This document shows, one piece after another, positions 1-8,372 of a DNA stretch of 64,000 nucleotides (position 1 is the stretch's first letter; each line of letters opens with the position of its first letter). The stretch covers positions 18,017 through 82,016 of the IMG/VR virus record IMGVR_UViG_3300048507_000465; one strand, given 5' to 3'. The position numbers and the translations under genes are program-made. Below the pieces are notes generated by a model. It did no database searches and was not told the origin of the DNA. It saw only the letters and a list, made by a program, of their open reading frames with translations. The stretch is from a virus.

Positions 1-1
1 T

Positions 2-145
2 GATCCTAATAAACAACAAAGATTAATACTTGAACAACCAAGGCATATACTTAAACCCAAAGAAAGAAAATATGTGGATCTTTGGATGGGGTTAATAAAG
101 AAACATAAATGGGAACCTTTCTTAAACTGGAACAATTACCAATAA
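2..145 (+). CDS. 3' end of a hypothetical protein truncated by the window edge
   Basis: Open frame from position 2 to TAA at 143-145 (DPNKQQRLILEQPRH...WNNYQ), same strand as its neighbours. Confidence 0.5.
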   Translation, partial: DPNKQQRLILEQPRHILKPKERKYVDLWMGLIKKHKWEPFLNWNNYQ

Positions 146-176
146 CCACATATAATTAATATCAATTGCGGGAACA

Positions 177-401
177 ATGATAATACTTAAATATATTCTA
201 TACTACTTACTTCTAGGAGTTGGCTTTAACTTTATATGGGATTTACTTATTTCTATTTTAAAACACGGGCCCTATGTAAAAGAAGAACATAGATTAGAAA
301 ATAATGAAAGGATTTTCATGTGTTTAGTTTGGCCATACGGCACATTCTTAATACTTTACCACCTGTATATTGCACTAAATAAAAAAAATAAAGATGACTA
401 A
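177..401 (+). CDS. small membrane protein (2 hydrophobic segments)
   Basis: 74 aa, two hydrophobic stretches, WP motif; overlaps the uvsE start. Confidence 0.7.
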   Translation: MIILKYILYYLLLGVGFNFIWDLLISILKHGPYVKEEHRLENNERIFMCLVWPYGTFLILYHLYIALNKKNKDD

Positions 402-1317
402 CTATGGATATTGTTGCATTAATATGCAACTTAGAAAGCAGAAACCAAGTATTACTACAAATCGTTCTATGATTAAACGTACGTTTATGGCTAAAGGCCC
501 AGACTATGCATCAGAACTTATTGTACAAAATGTACGAGACCTACGTGAAATTATTAAATGGAATGAGGCAAATGGTCTTAAACTTTATCGTATGTCTTCA
601 GATATTATGCCTTGGATGTCTGAGTACAATATTTCAGATCTTAAAGATTTTAAAATTATTAGAACTATTCTAGAAGACTGTGGCGATCTAGCTAGGGAGT
701 ACGGTCAGAGGATTACATTCCACCCTGGACCATTCGATGTCCTCGCATCACTAAATGAAAACGTAGTAACCAAATCTATTGCTGACCTCAACAAGCATGG
801 TGAAATATTCGACCTTATGGGTCTACCGCGTACTCCCTATGCTGCGATCAATATTCATGTCAATACTACACAAGGTGGTAAAGATGTTGCAATGCAAAGA
901 TTCGTAGATAACTTTCACTTACTTGATGCTTCAGTTCGTAAACGTCTAGTTGTTGAGAATGACGACAAGCAAAAACAGTATGCAACAGAAGATCTTTATC
1001 AAGGTATTCACAACAAGATTGGTATTCCTATTACATTTGACTATCATCACCATTGGTGCCATCCAGGAGAATTGACTCAAGAGGAGGCTCTTAAGTTGGC
1101 TTCTACTACTTGGCCTAAAGATATTAAACAACTTTGCCATTATTCTTCATGTAAGCAAATCCATGAAGATGCGACAGTAATGGCTAGGGCTCATGCCGAC
1201 TACATATATGAACATATCAATACTTATGGGTTAGATCTCGATATTGAACTTGAGGCTAAAGCTAAAGAAATGGCAGTTCAAAAATATATGAAACAATTTG
1301 CAACACAATTAGTATAA
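394..1317 (+). CDS. uvsE: UV damage endonuclease UvsE/UVDE
   Basis: Motifs GYCCIN, YRMSS, HPG, ENDD, FDYHHH, HAD, EAKAKE typical of the UvdE TIM-barrel. Confidence 0.95.
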   Translation: MTNYGYCCINMQLRKQKPSITTNRSMIKRTFMAKGPDYASELIVQNVRDLREIIKWNEANGLKLYRMSSDIMPWMSEYNISDLKDFKIIRTILEDCGDLAREYGQRITFHPGPFDVLASLNENVVTKSIADLNKHGEIFDLMGLPRTPYAAINIHVNTTQGGKDVAMQRFVDNFHLLDASVRKRLVVENDDKQKQYATEDLYQGIHNKIGIPITFDYHHHWCHPGELTQEEALKLASTTWPKDIKQLCHYSSCKQIHEDATVMARAHADYIYEHINTYGLDLDIELEAKAKEMAVQKYMKQFATQLV

Positions 1318-1335
1318 ACCTTAAATAATTATTAT

Positions 1336-1530
1336 ATGACAAAGTTTTTAAACACATTAAAATCAAATTTTAAATTCTTAACTAGCCAATGGTTTTCCTT
1401 TATCGGTTTACTTTGGATGGGAGCATCTTTCATTTATATTGGCAAGGCTCAATTTTGGATAGTTTTAGGATTTGCAATTCTTTTTACTGGTGTACAAAAT
1501 ATTATTAACGAAATTAGACTAAAGAATTAA
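1336..1530 (+). CDS. small membrane protein
   Basis: 64 aa with two hydrophobic helices; tightly packed with neighbours. Confidence 0.65.
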   Translation: MTKFLNTLKSNFKFLTSQWFSFIGLLWMGASFIYIGKAQFWIVLGFAILFTGVQNIINEIRLKN

Positions 1531-1532
1531 AT

Positions 1533-1781
1533 ATGGATTTAAAAGTAGATGCTCTAAGAGCAAAATACCAAGCAGAAAAACTTGAAGCAATCGCAACACT
1601 AGAGGTATACGTAAAGAATGCAGCAGGAATCGGAGAACACCCGCAAATCATCGAAGAAATGGCAAAGCTTGTTGAACAAGTAGCAAACGCCAACGACTGT
1701 ATTGAAGCATTAGATGAGATTTTTATTAGATCCACAGATGATTCTACTAACGTATCACCAGAAGGCTCCGTAAATAGTTGA
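1533..1781 (+). CDS. conserved small phage protein (GIGEH motif)
   Basis: Helical protein with the AGIGEHPQIIEE motif seen in T4-like phage hypotheticals; followed by a terminator. Confidence 0.75.
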   Translation: MDLKVDALRAKYQAEKLEAIATLEVYVKNAAGIGEHPQIIEEMAKLVEQVANANDCIEALDEIFIRSTDDSTNVSPEGSVNS

Positions 1782-1815
1782 TTTATTTAGGCTAGACATA
1801 AACGACTTAAGGAGC

Positions 1816-1847
1816 AAAGGGACCTATTAATTTAGGTCCCTTTTTTT
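1816..1847 (+). terminator. Rho-independent terminator
   Basis: AAAGGGACCTA-ttaatt-TAGGTCCCTTT hairpin followed by a T run. Confidence 0.9.
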
Positions 1848-1851
1848 GTTT

Positions 1852-1859
1852 GATATATA
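1852..1859 (+). promoter_or_regulatory. putative late promoter GATATATA
   Basis: Motif recurring upstream of many structural genes; resembles T4 late TATAAATA; 4 nt before ATG. Confidence 0.7.
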
Positions 1860-1863
1860 ATAA

Positions 1864-2544
1864 ATGAAGCATATTAAATCAAAAGCTATATTTGAAAGAT
1901 ATACAAAACTAGATTCTATCTCTAATAAACTATTAGGTGATTGCTTTAGACAGTGGGTATTAGATTTTAAGAACGGTAAAAAATCTTCTAGCTACTCATT
2001 TGAAGTACAGAATCCAGGGTTAACATTTGACTTAAACTGCTCTATCTATTTTAAAGGTAAAGGATTTGAGGTCCTAAACTCTACTGGAGCTGATGGTAGA
2101 GATGAAGACGATGATGGTGATTGGCAAGATCCATTTATTAATGTAGACTTTGCTTGTAACCCAGATTGGTTACCTACTTATTGGGAAGAGATTTACTTTG
2201 TATTAGCAGATGTCTTAAGACATGAGATCGAACACATTACTCAAGATGGTATTGATATTGGTAATTATAGAAAGGGTAAACCTAATGAACCAGATGATAT
2301 GATGAGAATGATGATTAATAATGGTATGTTATCTAAGATGTATTATTTACTACTACCTAAAGAAGTGGATGCAAATTTACAAGGCTTAAGATTTGAGGCT
2401 AAGAAGAGAGGTGAGAAGACCATTGATGCTGTAAATAGATACTTAGACTCAAAAGAAGAGATGGGAGAGATAAATAGTAAAGAAAGAGCAGAAGTCCTAG
2501 TTAAATGGGAAGCTCGTGCAAAACAATTAGGATTTAAACTATGA
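1864..2544 (+). CDS. putative head-internal protein with HExxH zinc metallopeptidase motif
   Basis: N-terminus MKHIKSKAIFE; LRHEIEH plus downstream KEVDA (zincin-like third ligand). Confidence 0.65.
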   Translation: MKHIKSKAIFERYTKLDSISNKLLGDCFRQWVLDFKNGKKSSSYSFEVQNPGLTFDLNCSIYFKGKGFEVLNSTGADGRDEDDDGDWQDPFINVDFACNPDWLPTYWEEIYFVLADVLRHEIEHITQDGIDIGNYRKGKPNEPDDMMRMMINNGMLSKMYYLLLPKEVDANLQGLRFEAKKRGEKTIDAVNRYLDSKEEMGEINSKERAEVLVKWEARAKQLGFKL

Positions 2545-2831
2545 GACATTTAAAACAATTTAAAAACTTTATTAACGAGGGTGGAGACCCTGAAAAGAAA
2601 AAAGCTATTAGGGATAAAATACGTGACTTAGATAAAAAGGAAGATGACTTAATGAAGAAGAAGGCTGAAAACGCTAAGAAAATGATGGCGGAAGAAGATA
2701 ATCTAAAAGCAGAGATTTTAAACCTTACAACTCAGAAGTTAGCTATGCAGAAAGCTATAGTAAAAATAGATCTTAAAATATCTACACTTAAGCTTAAACA
2801 AGAAAACGCAAAACCAACACAAACAACATGA
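2541..2831 (+). CDS. Lys-rich helical putative head-internal protein
   Basis: N-terminus MRHLKQFKNFINE (capsid-targeting-like); coiled-coil composition. Confidence 0.65.
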   Translation: MRHLKQFKNFINEGGDPEKKKAIRDKIRDLDKKEDDLMKKKAENAKKMMAEEDNLKAEILNLTTQKLAMQKAIVKIDLKISTLKLKQENAKPTQTT

Positions 2832-3184
2832 AGCATTTAATTCATTTTAATGACTTTGTTTTAGAGAACAGAAAAAATAAACCCAATATTAAGAAAAAGG
2901 TTAAAAAGATTAATAAGGTTATTAATAAGCAGTATGATAAAATAGAAAAAGAAACTGCTAGGGCTAAAGAGTTAGCATCAAAACCTGATGTAACTGATAA
3001 AATGTCGGCTACTCTATCTAGAATGAAAGTACAACTAGCTCAAGCAGAAGCTCAGAAACAAGCTGTTAGAAAAAATGTGGAAATTAAAAAAGCTCAGATT
3101 AGAACTGCTAAAGATCAAGCTAAATCAGGTGATGAATTAGAAAAGAAAGCTAAAGAAACTAAAAAAGAAGAGTCTGATAAATAA
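2828..3184 (+). CDS. Lys-rich helical putative head-internal protein
   Basis: N-terminus MKHLIHFNDFVLE; very basic coiled coil. Confidence 0.65.
   Translation: MKHLIHFNDFVLENRKNKPNIKKKVKKINKVINKQYDKIEKETARAKELASKPDVTDKMSATLSRMKVQLAQAEAQKQAVRKNVEIKKAQIRTAKDQAKSGDELEKKAKETKKEESDK
3176..3183 (+). promoter_or_regulatory. putative late promoter GATAAATA
   Basis: Variant of the recurrent motif, 4 nt before ATG 3188. Confidence 0.6.
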
Positions 3185-3187
3185 CCT

Positions 3188-4864
3188 ATGAAGTATATTC
3201 AAACTCTTACTGAAAAGGGAAAGCTTAAATGGCAAGACTCTGATGCGCCGGATGCTAATGGTAGATTTAAAGACTTAAGTCCTAAAGATCTAGCAGCATG
3301 GTTAATTAAAACCAGAAAGGGTGATATGAAAAAGATTAGTGGTTCACTAAGTCAACAAGTTGCATTTAATAAAAACGACGATCCTGAATACGCAAAGAAA
3401 ATGGATAAGACTAGAACAGAAGTCTACAAGCAAATGGATAGAGAAGATCTATTAGAATCTGTCTTAAACGAAGAGGATTCATATAACGATTATCCAGCTG
3501 CTGCAAAGAAGAATGCACAGATGGCTATTGATTGGAAAGAGAAGTATGGTAGAGATGAAGTACCTGCTGGGACTCCAGTTGGTTGGGCAAGAGCTCATCA
3601 ATTAGCTAAAGGTGAAAAGATCTCAGCAGATACTGTAAAGAGAATGTCTGCATTTAATAGACACAGAAAAAATTCATCAATTGCACCAGAACATAAAGAC
3701 GAACCTTGGAAAGATAATGGCTATGTAGCTTGGTTAATCTGGGGTGGCGACGAAGGTGTTGATTGGGCAATTGAAAAATCAAAAGAAATAGACGCTATGA
3801 AAGAGTCAAAACAAATGAAGTACATTAAACCACTTAACGAAAGAGCTAAACACACATCAACTGATTTTTCTAAACCAGGTAACGATGGTGATATTTACTT
3901 TTCAAAAAGAGAAGGTGACGCAGTCGGCGTTAGATTAGGAGATAAATTACAAATGATTTATGTTTTTCAAGAAGAACCTAAATTAGGAAGGATTCAAAAG
4001 TCAGATAAACGTTGGGAAAACATGGGTCCAGCTTCTGAAGAACTTTTAATTGATTTAAGAGGTAGAGAAGAAGGTAAAATCTTATTTAAGTTTGTTTCTA
4101 CACTTGAAGAATCAGTTAATGAAGGTAAGATGCCGAAGAAATATATTGGCAACGATGAGATAGTCTATCTTAAAACTAAAGAGGATTCAAGAGGTGCTCA
4201 TTACAACCTTTACTACAAAGGGCACGATATTGATAAAGGTGGTCGTAGGTTTGGTAGTGAAAAAGAGCTAGAAGATTTTGCAGCTAATTATATTTTATCT
4301 AACCAATTGTATAAGAAACTAAGGTATGAAGATTCAATACCTTTACCAGAGTCTGTTAATGAAAGTCTTGGTTCTTATGAATATAATAAGTGGATTAAAG
4401 AGAATGGTAAAATTAAATACCCTAAATGGGTTACAGTAACTCGTAAAGAAATTATTAAAAAGGGATTAATGGATTCAGTATATGATTCTGAATCTCACAA
4501 CATGTCTATTTGGATTAACTCTTTAGGTAAGAATTTCTTTGTAATTAACGCTGACTCAAAGAAGAGAGAAAAAGAGTTTGGTAAAAACGGTTCTGCATTT
4601 ATTAATGCATATTACAATGATATAACTGGATATACCGCTTTTGCATGGGAAGCTGCTACAATTTGCCTAGAACTTATTAAACACATAGAGGACAGAATTG
4701 CTAATGGGGAGGAATATGAACCGGCGTACTATTTAGCTAAAGAATATTTTAATAATTTTGGGATGGATACTAAAAGAAGTAGAGTATTTGATTCTACAGT
4801 TAAAAAGCTAAGTAATTATATGGCTGATAATAATCTTGATTCTATGGATTATATGAATAGGTAA
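3188..4864 (+). CDS. modular putative head-internal polyprotein
   Basis: Starts MKYIQTLTE; modules separated by LESVLNE, MKYIKPLNE, EESVNE, PESVNE; one module has the VAWLIWGGD motif of a common phage head-associated domain. Confidence 0.7.
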   Translation: MKYIQTLTEKGKLKWQDSDAPDANGRFKDLSPKDLAAWLIKTRKGDMKKISGSLSQQVAFNKNDDPEYAKKMDKTRTEVYKQMDREDLLESVLNEEDSYNDYPAAAKKNAQMAIDWKEKYGRDEVPAGTPVGWARAHQLAKGEKISADTVKRMSAFNRHRKNSSIAPEHKDEPWKDNGYVAWLIWGGDEGVDWAIEKSKEIDAMKESKQMKYIKPLNERAKHTSTDFSKPGNDGDIYFSKREGDAVGVRLGDKLQMIYVFQEEPKLGRIQKSDKRWENMGPASEELLIDLRGREEGKILFKFVSTLEESVNEGKMPKKYIGNDEIVYLKTKEDSRGAHYNLYYKGHDIDKGGRRFGSEKELEDFAANYILSNQLYKKLRYEDSIPLPESVNESLGSYEYNKWIKENGKIKYPKWVTVTRKEIIKKGLMDSVYDSESHNMSIWINSLGKNFFVINADSKKREKEFGKNGSAFINAYYNDITGYTAFAWEAATICLELIKHIEDRIANGEEYEPAYYLAKEYFNNFGMDTKRSRVFDSTVKKLSNYMADNNLDSMDYMNR

Positions 4865-4885
4865 CATATAATAAAATATTAGCAA

Positions 4886-4893
4886 GATATATA
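4886..4893 (+). promoter_or_regulatory. putative late promoter GATATATA
   Basis: Intergenic copy of the motif upstream of 4915. Confidence 0.65.
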
Positions 4894-4914
4894 AAAAAAC
4901 AAAGAAATTAAAAT

Positions 4915-6171
4915 ATGGCTGTCGATCATACTAGAACTATAACTGTCACACCTGCTGGATCAAACTATACGGTAGTATCAGATGCTGCGATGGAATCTGG
5001 AGTTCAATGGGTTTCTACTACTAAAACTACTGATAATAATGGTGTTGCAGATGTTTGGACTATTACAATACAACAAAATACATCTAGTGGTAGAGTTGCT
5101 ACAATTACAGCGACACATAGCAATAATAATACTGATACTATAACTGTTAACCAGGCTGGAGTTAATCCGGATAATACTGCTCCTGTTATTACATTACTAG
5201 GAGATAGTTCAATAAGTGTTGATGTTGGTGCGTCTGACTGGATCGACGATGGTGCTACCGCCGTTGATGAAACTGATGGAGATATTTCTAATAATATACA
5301 AGTTGTAGATAATGTAGATCTTAACACAATAGGAGTTTATTCAGTTACATATAATGTAAATGATGCTGCCGGAAATCCTGCAGTAGAAGTTGTAAGAACT
5401 GTAAATGTTGTTGCTCAAACAATTGATGTACAATGGCAATTAATACCATTTAATTTAACTGGTGCATATATTAGCTTAACAGATGGCGGAGCGGAGTGGC
5501 AAGGTAGTCCTAGTCAAACAACAAGCGTTGCAAGCGGGGGAAGTCATACACAGTTTTTTTATGCAGTTCCAAATAATGGAAAAGTATTTAATACTACGTC
5601 GGATGTTCAATTTCAATCAGGAGGTGCTCAGGTAAGTACTTTAAAAACTGCAAATGGAAGTATTAAAATAGAATTAATATTAAACAATGTTACTTCAAAT
5701 GTTGTATGGAGTGAAAATATTTCAGGTACTGCGTATACAATACCTACAGCGGGTGCTATGGCTTTTAGAGAATTAACAAGTTCAGGCGGTACAAGTGTCG
5801 GAACTTATACTGGAGGTCAAGTTACTAATAGTGTTAGAAATTATCAATGGATTAATAATACAGGTACTGAAAATAATAATCAAGCTTTATTGATTAATCT
5901 AGAAGATGCTGGTGGAATTGATTTAACATGGGATCCTACAGAAACTAATGCACATAATTTAGCAGGATATGTTTATCTATCAACAAGCGCAGATGGTAGT
6001 ACTGTTGATAATTCTACTATTTTAAATACTAATGAATGGATTCATAATGTTAGTTTAAGTAATTCAGATGGAACTAATTCTACTGGAGACTTTCATGCCT
6101 CGTTTATTTTTGACGATGGTGATGATGGAACTATAAATCCAAATAACCAAACATTAAATAATCAAAATTAA
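4915..6171 (+). CDS. Ig-like virion surface protein: BACON + DUF5011/HYR-like domain
   Basis: W..NTSSGRVATIT..ITVNQAG (BACON-like); NTAPVITLLG..GATAVDETDGDIS..GVYSVTYNVNDAAGN..RTVNV (DUF5011/HYR-like). Confidence 0.75.
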   Translation: MAVDHTRTITVTPAGSNYTVVSDAAMESGVQWVSTTKTTDNNGVADVWTITIQQNTSSGRVATITATHSNNNTDTITVNQAGVNPDNTAPVITLLGDSSISVDVGASDWIDDGATAVDETDGDISNNIQVVDNVDLNTIGVYSVTYNVNDAAGNPAVEVVRTVNVVAQTIDVQWQLIPFNLTGAYISLTDGGAEWQGSPSQTTSVASGGSHTQFFYAVPNNGKVFNTTSDVQFQSGGAQVSTLKTANGSIKIELILNNVTSNVVWSENISGTAYTIPTAGAMAFRELTSSGGTSVGTYTGGQVTNSVRNYQWINNTGTENNNQALLINLEDAGGIDLTWDPTETNAHNLAGYVYLSTSADGSTVDNSTILNTNEWIHNVSLSNSDGTNSTGDFHASFIFDDGDDGTINPNNQTLNNQN

Positions 6172-6177
6172 AAGAAA

Positions 6178-6915
6178 ATGGTACAGGACGAAATAATAAG
6201 TGGACCAGTAACAACCCAATCAACCATTAGCTACTCCCCATCATATACTTTATCATATGATGCTAATGGCGGTACTGGCTCTATGGTTACACAAAGTGGT
6301 TCTAACCAGTATACCATCCATAATAGTTTTGGTTTTACTAGAAGTGGATACGTTCCTCAAAATATAGCATTTAATACTTCCGGAGCTGGTACTGGAACAA
6401 GTTATGATTTAGGTGATTCTATTACTCTAACAGGAAATACTACACTATATGCACAGTGGACTTTAACTGGAGGATCAAGTTCTTCAGGTGGAGATACATT
6501 TTACATATGCGTAACTCACCCCCTAGATGCTACTAAAAAAACTATTGTAGCATATACGACTCCTGTAATAGCTACAAACTTAAACTTTGCTTTTACTACA
6601 GCATCTCCTCAGAATGTAAGTAATAGCGCAGGCTCATTAACTCTGCAATTTAGTGCAGATTCTGCTCCTGCTATTGGAGATTTTAGTTCTACTGGTAGTT
6701 GGTTAACTATAGATCCTGCTACATATACGTTCTCTTCAGGAAGTGGATCGTTTAATGTTTCTTATGGCTCAAATTCTAGTTTATCAGGTGCGAGTAGTAG
6801 GAATAGTACTATATCCTATAATAATGTTTCTAATATCGGTACTTCGTCAGTGTTAGTTACACAAGCGGGGAATGTGGGTACCTACAATCCAAATGAAAAT
6901 GCCGGATTTGGCTAA
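6178..6915 (+). CDS. Ig-like surface protein: Listeria-Bacteroides (InlB B) repeat + C-terminal BACON-like domain
   Basis: YTLSYDANGGTG..TRSGY..GTSYDLGDSITLTGNTTLYAQW; C-terminal WLTI..SRNSTI..VTQAG. Confidence 0.75.
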   Translation: MVQDEIISGPVTTQSTISYSPSYTLSYDANGGTGSMVTQSGSNQYTIHNSFGFTRSGYVPQNIAFNTSGAGTGTSYDLGDSITLTGNTTLYAQWTLTGGSSSSGGDTFYICVTHPLDATKKTIVAYTTPVIATNLNFAFTTASPQNVSNSAGSLTLQFSADSAPAIGDFSSTGSWLTIDPATYTFSSGSGSFNVSYGSNSSLSGASSRNSTISYNNVSNIGTSSVLVTQAGNVGTYNPNENAGFG

Positions 6916-6958
6916 GCCGGGTGGATAATAATTATATTAATAAATAAAAACAAATAAA

Positions 6959-7582
6959 ATGGCAAAAAAAATACTATCATTCGAAGAATACGCTGCAAAA
7001 ATAAATGCACCTAACGTTTCTGAAGAAGAAAACGAAGAGTGCCCGTGTGGTACTGATGAAGAAGGTAACTGTTTAGAATGTGAAGAAGGAACAGAAAAAC
7101 CAGCTGAAGAAATAGAAGACGAAGAAGTTGAGTCTGAAGAAGACGAAGAAGTTGAGTCTGGAGAAGACGACGATGACGACGATGACGATGATGAAGAAGA
7201 CGATGATGACGATGACGACGACGATGATGATGACGATGATGACGATGATGAGTCTGAAGAAGTTGAAGTAGAAGATGCTGGAGAAACAGAAGCCCCGGTA
7301 ACTGTAGAAGAGATGTTATCTGAAGGTTACAAAAAAGTAGTTGAAGCTGCATGTGCTTACGAAAAAGACGAATACCAAGATCATACGTTAGAAATGTACA
7401 TGAAAGAGAACGCTGCTCTAGTAGCAACTCTTGCTGCAAAAGCGATGGAAGAGGGTTATGGTGAAGCAAAAGAAACTGAACTAACTCAAGAAATGTACGA
7501 AGCAGTATGTAACGAAATAAAAGATGCGTATTGTAAGAAAATTGAAGAGTTAAAAGAGACTTACGGTGCTGGAAAGGAATAA
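6959..7582 (+). CDS. highly acidic putative prohead core/scaffold-like protein
   Basis: MAKKILSFEEY start; long D/E tract; helical C-terminus. Confidence 0.6.
   Translation: MAKKILSFEEYAAKINAPNVSEEENEECPCGTDEEGNCLECEEGTEKPAEEIEDEEVESEEDEEVESGEDDDDDDDDDEEDDDDDDDDDDDDDDDDDESEEVEVEDAGETEAPVTVEEMLSEGYKKVVEAACAYEKDEYQDHTLEMYMKENAALVATLAAKAMEEGYGEAKETELTQEMYEAVCNEIKDAYCKKIEELKETYGAGKE
7115..7249 (+). repeat. 24-bp tandem duplication (EDEEVESE/G) followed by a GAY poly-Asp tract
   Basis: gaagacgaagaagttgagtctg at 7115 and 7139; gac/gat run 7166-7249. Confidence 0.85.
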
Positions 7583-7589
7583 TACAACT

Positions 7590-8219
7590 ATGAAATTCAT
7601 AAAATCAATTAACGAATTAAACGAAGCACGTCAAGCCCCTGCTAAAAAACTATTTAAGATGGTAGTTAAAGGTAGCACTTCTGAAATTGAAGGTCAAAAG
7701 ATCTCTAAGGAAATGGCTCAAGCTGCATTAGACTGGTTTGATAGATCTACTTATGCTAGAAAATACGAAAAGCAGGTTAAGACTGCTGGTATGGGAGCTG
7801 TTGCTCCACTAATCTTTGGTGACTATTGGGGTATTAAGAAAACTATTCCTTCTAAACTTAAAGCAGAATTTAAAGAGCTACAACAAGTATATAAAAGAGA
7901 AATGGCAGCTGAGTCAATTTTAACTGAGTCAGATGCAACTCCTACAATGTTATTAGCTCAAGAGATTGAAGGTGCTGAATACCACATGGCTTTCTCAGAC
8001 GGTGGTATTGGTGTAGATGCTAGATCGACTAAGAAGACTTGGGAAGATGGAGTACCGGTACTTAAGTATATTGCAAGAGCACCTAAGAAATCAGTAGAAA
8101 TACCAAAGGGTAAATTTGAAGTAGTTATCGATGATAAATACGGATGGTACTACTGGGAGAACAAGGGTATCTGGTATGGAATGGAACAAGATGGAGAAGC
8201 ACCTCCATTTGAGTATTAA
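7590..8219 (+). CDS. putative two-module head-internal protein
   Basis: Likely start is ATG 7590 (MKFIKSINELNE) rather than GTG 7566; internal AESILTE linker. Confidence 0.65.
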   Translation: MKFIKSINELNEARQAPAKKLFKMVVKGSTSEIEGQKISKEMAQAALDWFDRSTYARKYEKQVKTAGMGAVAPLIFGDYWGIKKTIPSKLKAEFKELQQVYKREMAAESILTESDATPTMLLAQEIEGAEYHMAFSDGGIGVDARSTKKTWEDGVPVLKYIARAPKKSVEIPKGKFEVVIDDKYGWYYWENKGIWYGMEQDGEAPPFEY

Positions 8220-8236
8220 AAAAAAGAACCACTATT

Positions 8237-8302
8237 ATGAATTGCGAATGTCAAGTATGTAAGTGTGGAACGTCATGTAATTGCTCTTGTTGCGATTGCT
8301 AA
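8237..8302 (+). CDS. metallothionein-like microprotein (21 aa, 9 Cys), not in the ORF track
   Basis: Translates MNCECQVCKCGTSCNCSCCDC*; CxC/CxxC/CC spacing; A-rich leader, followed by a terminator. Confidence 0.65.
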   Translation: MNCECQVCKCGTSCNCSCCDC

Positions 8303-8320
8303 GCAGGCACACATTTTAAT

Positions 8321-8347
8321 AAACTTTTTAAAGAGTCTGTGTATAAC
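8321..8347 (+). promoter_or_regulatory. putative AAAC-N17-TATAA promoter for the dCMP deaminase/helicase operon
   Basis: AAAC 8321-8324 and TATAAC 8342-8347; same architecture as sites at 51894-51922(-), 52496 and 52721. Confidence 0.5.
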
Positions 8348-8370
8348 AATAGTAACATAGACTCTTTTTT
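8330..8370 (+). terminator. Rho-independent terminator overlapping the promoter
   Basis: AAAGAGTCTGTGT...ACATAGACTCTTT stem followed by a T run. Confidence 0.7.
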
Positions 8371-8372
8371 AT

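Noticed and set aside
4915-6915. Diversity-generating retroelement targeting the Ig-like or fibre genes
   Set aside because: No reverse transcriptase is present, and I could not see any template/variable repeat pair differing at adenines in the window.
7011-7469. His/Arg-rich minus-strand ORF (HHRHHRHHH)
   Set aside because: It is the reverse complement of the GAY/GAA poly-acidic tract, not a real His-rich protein.
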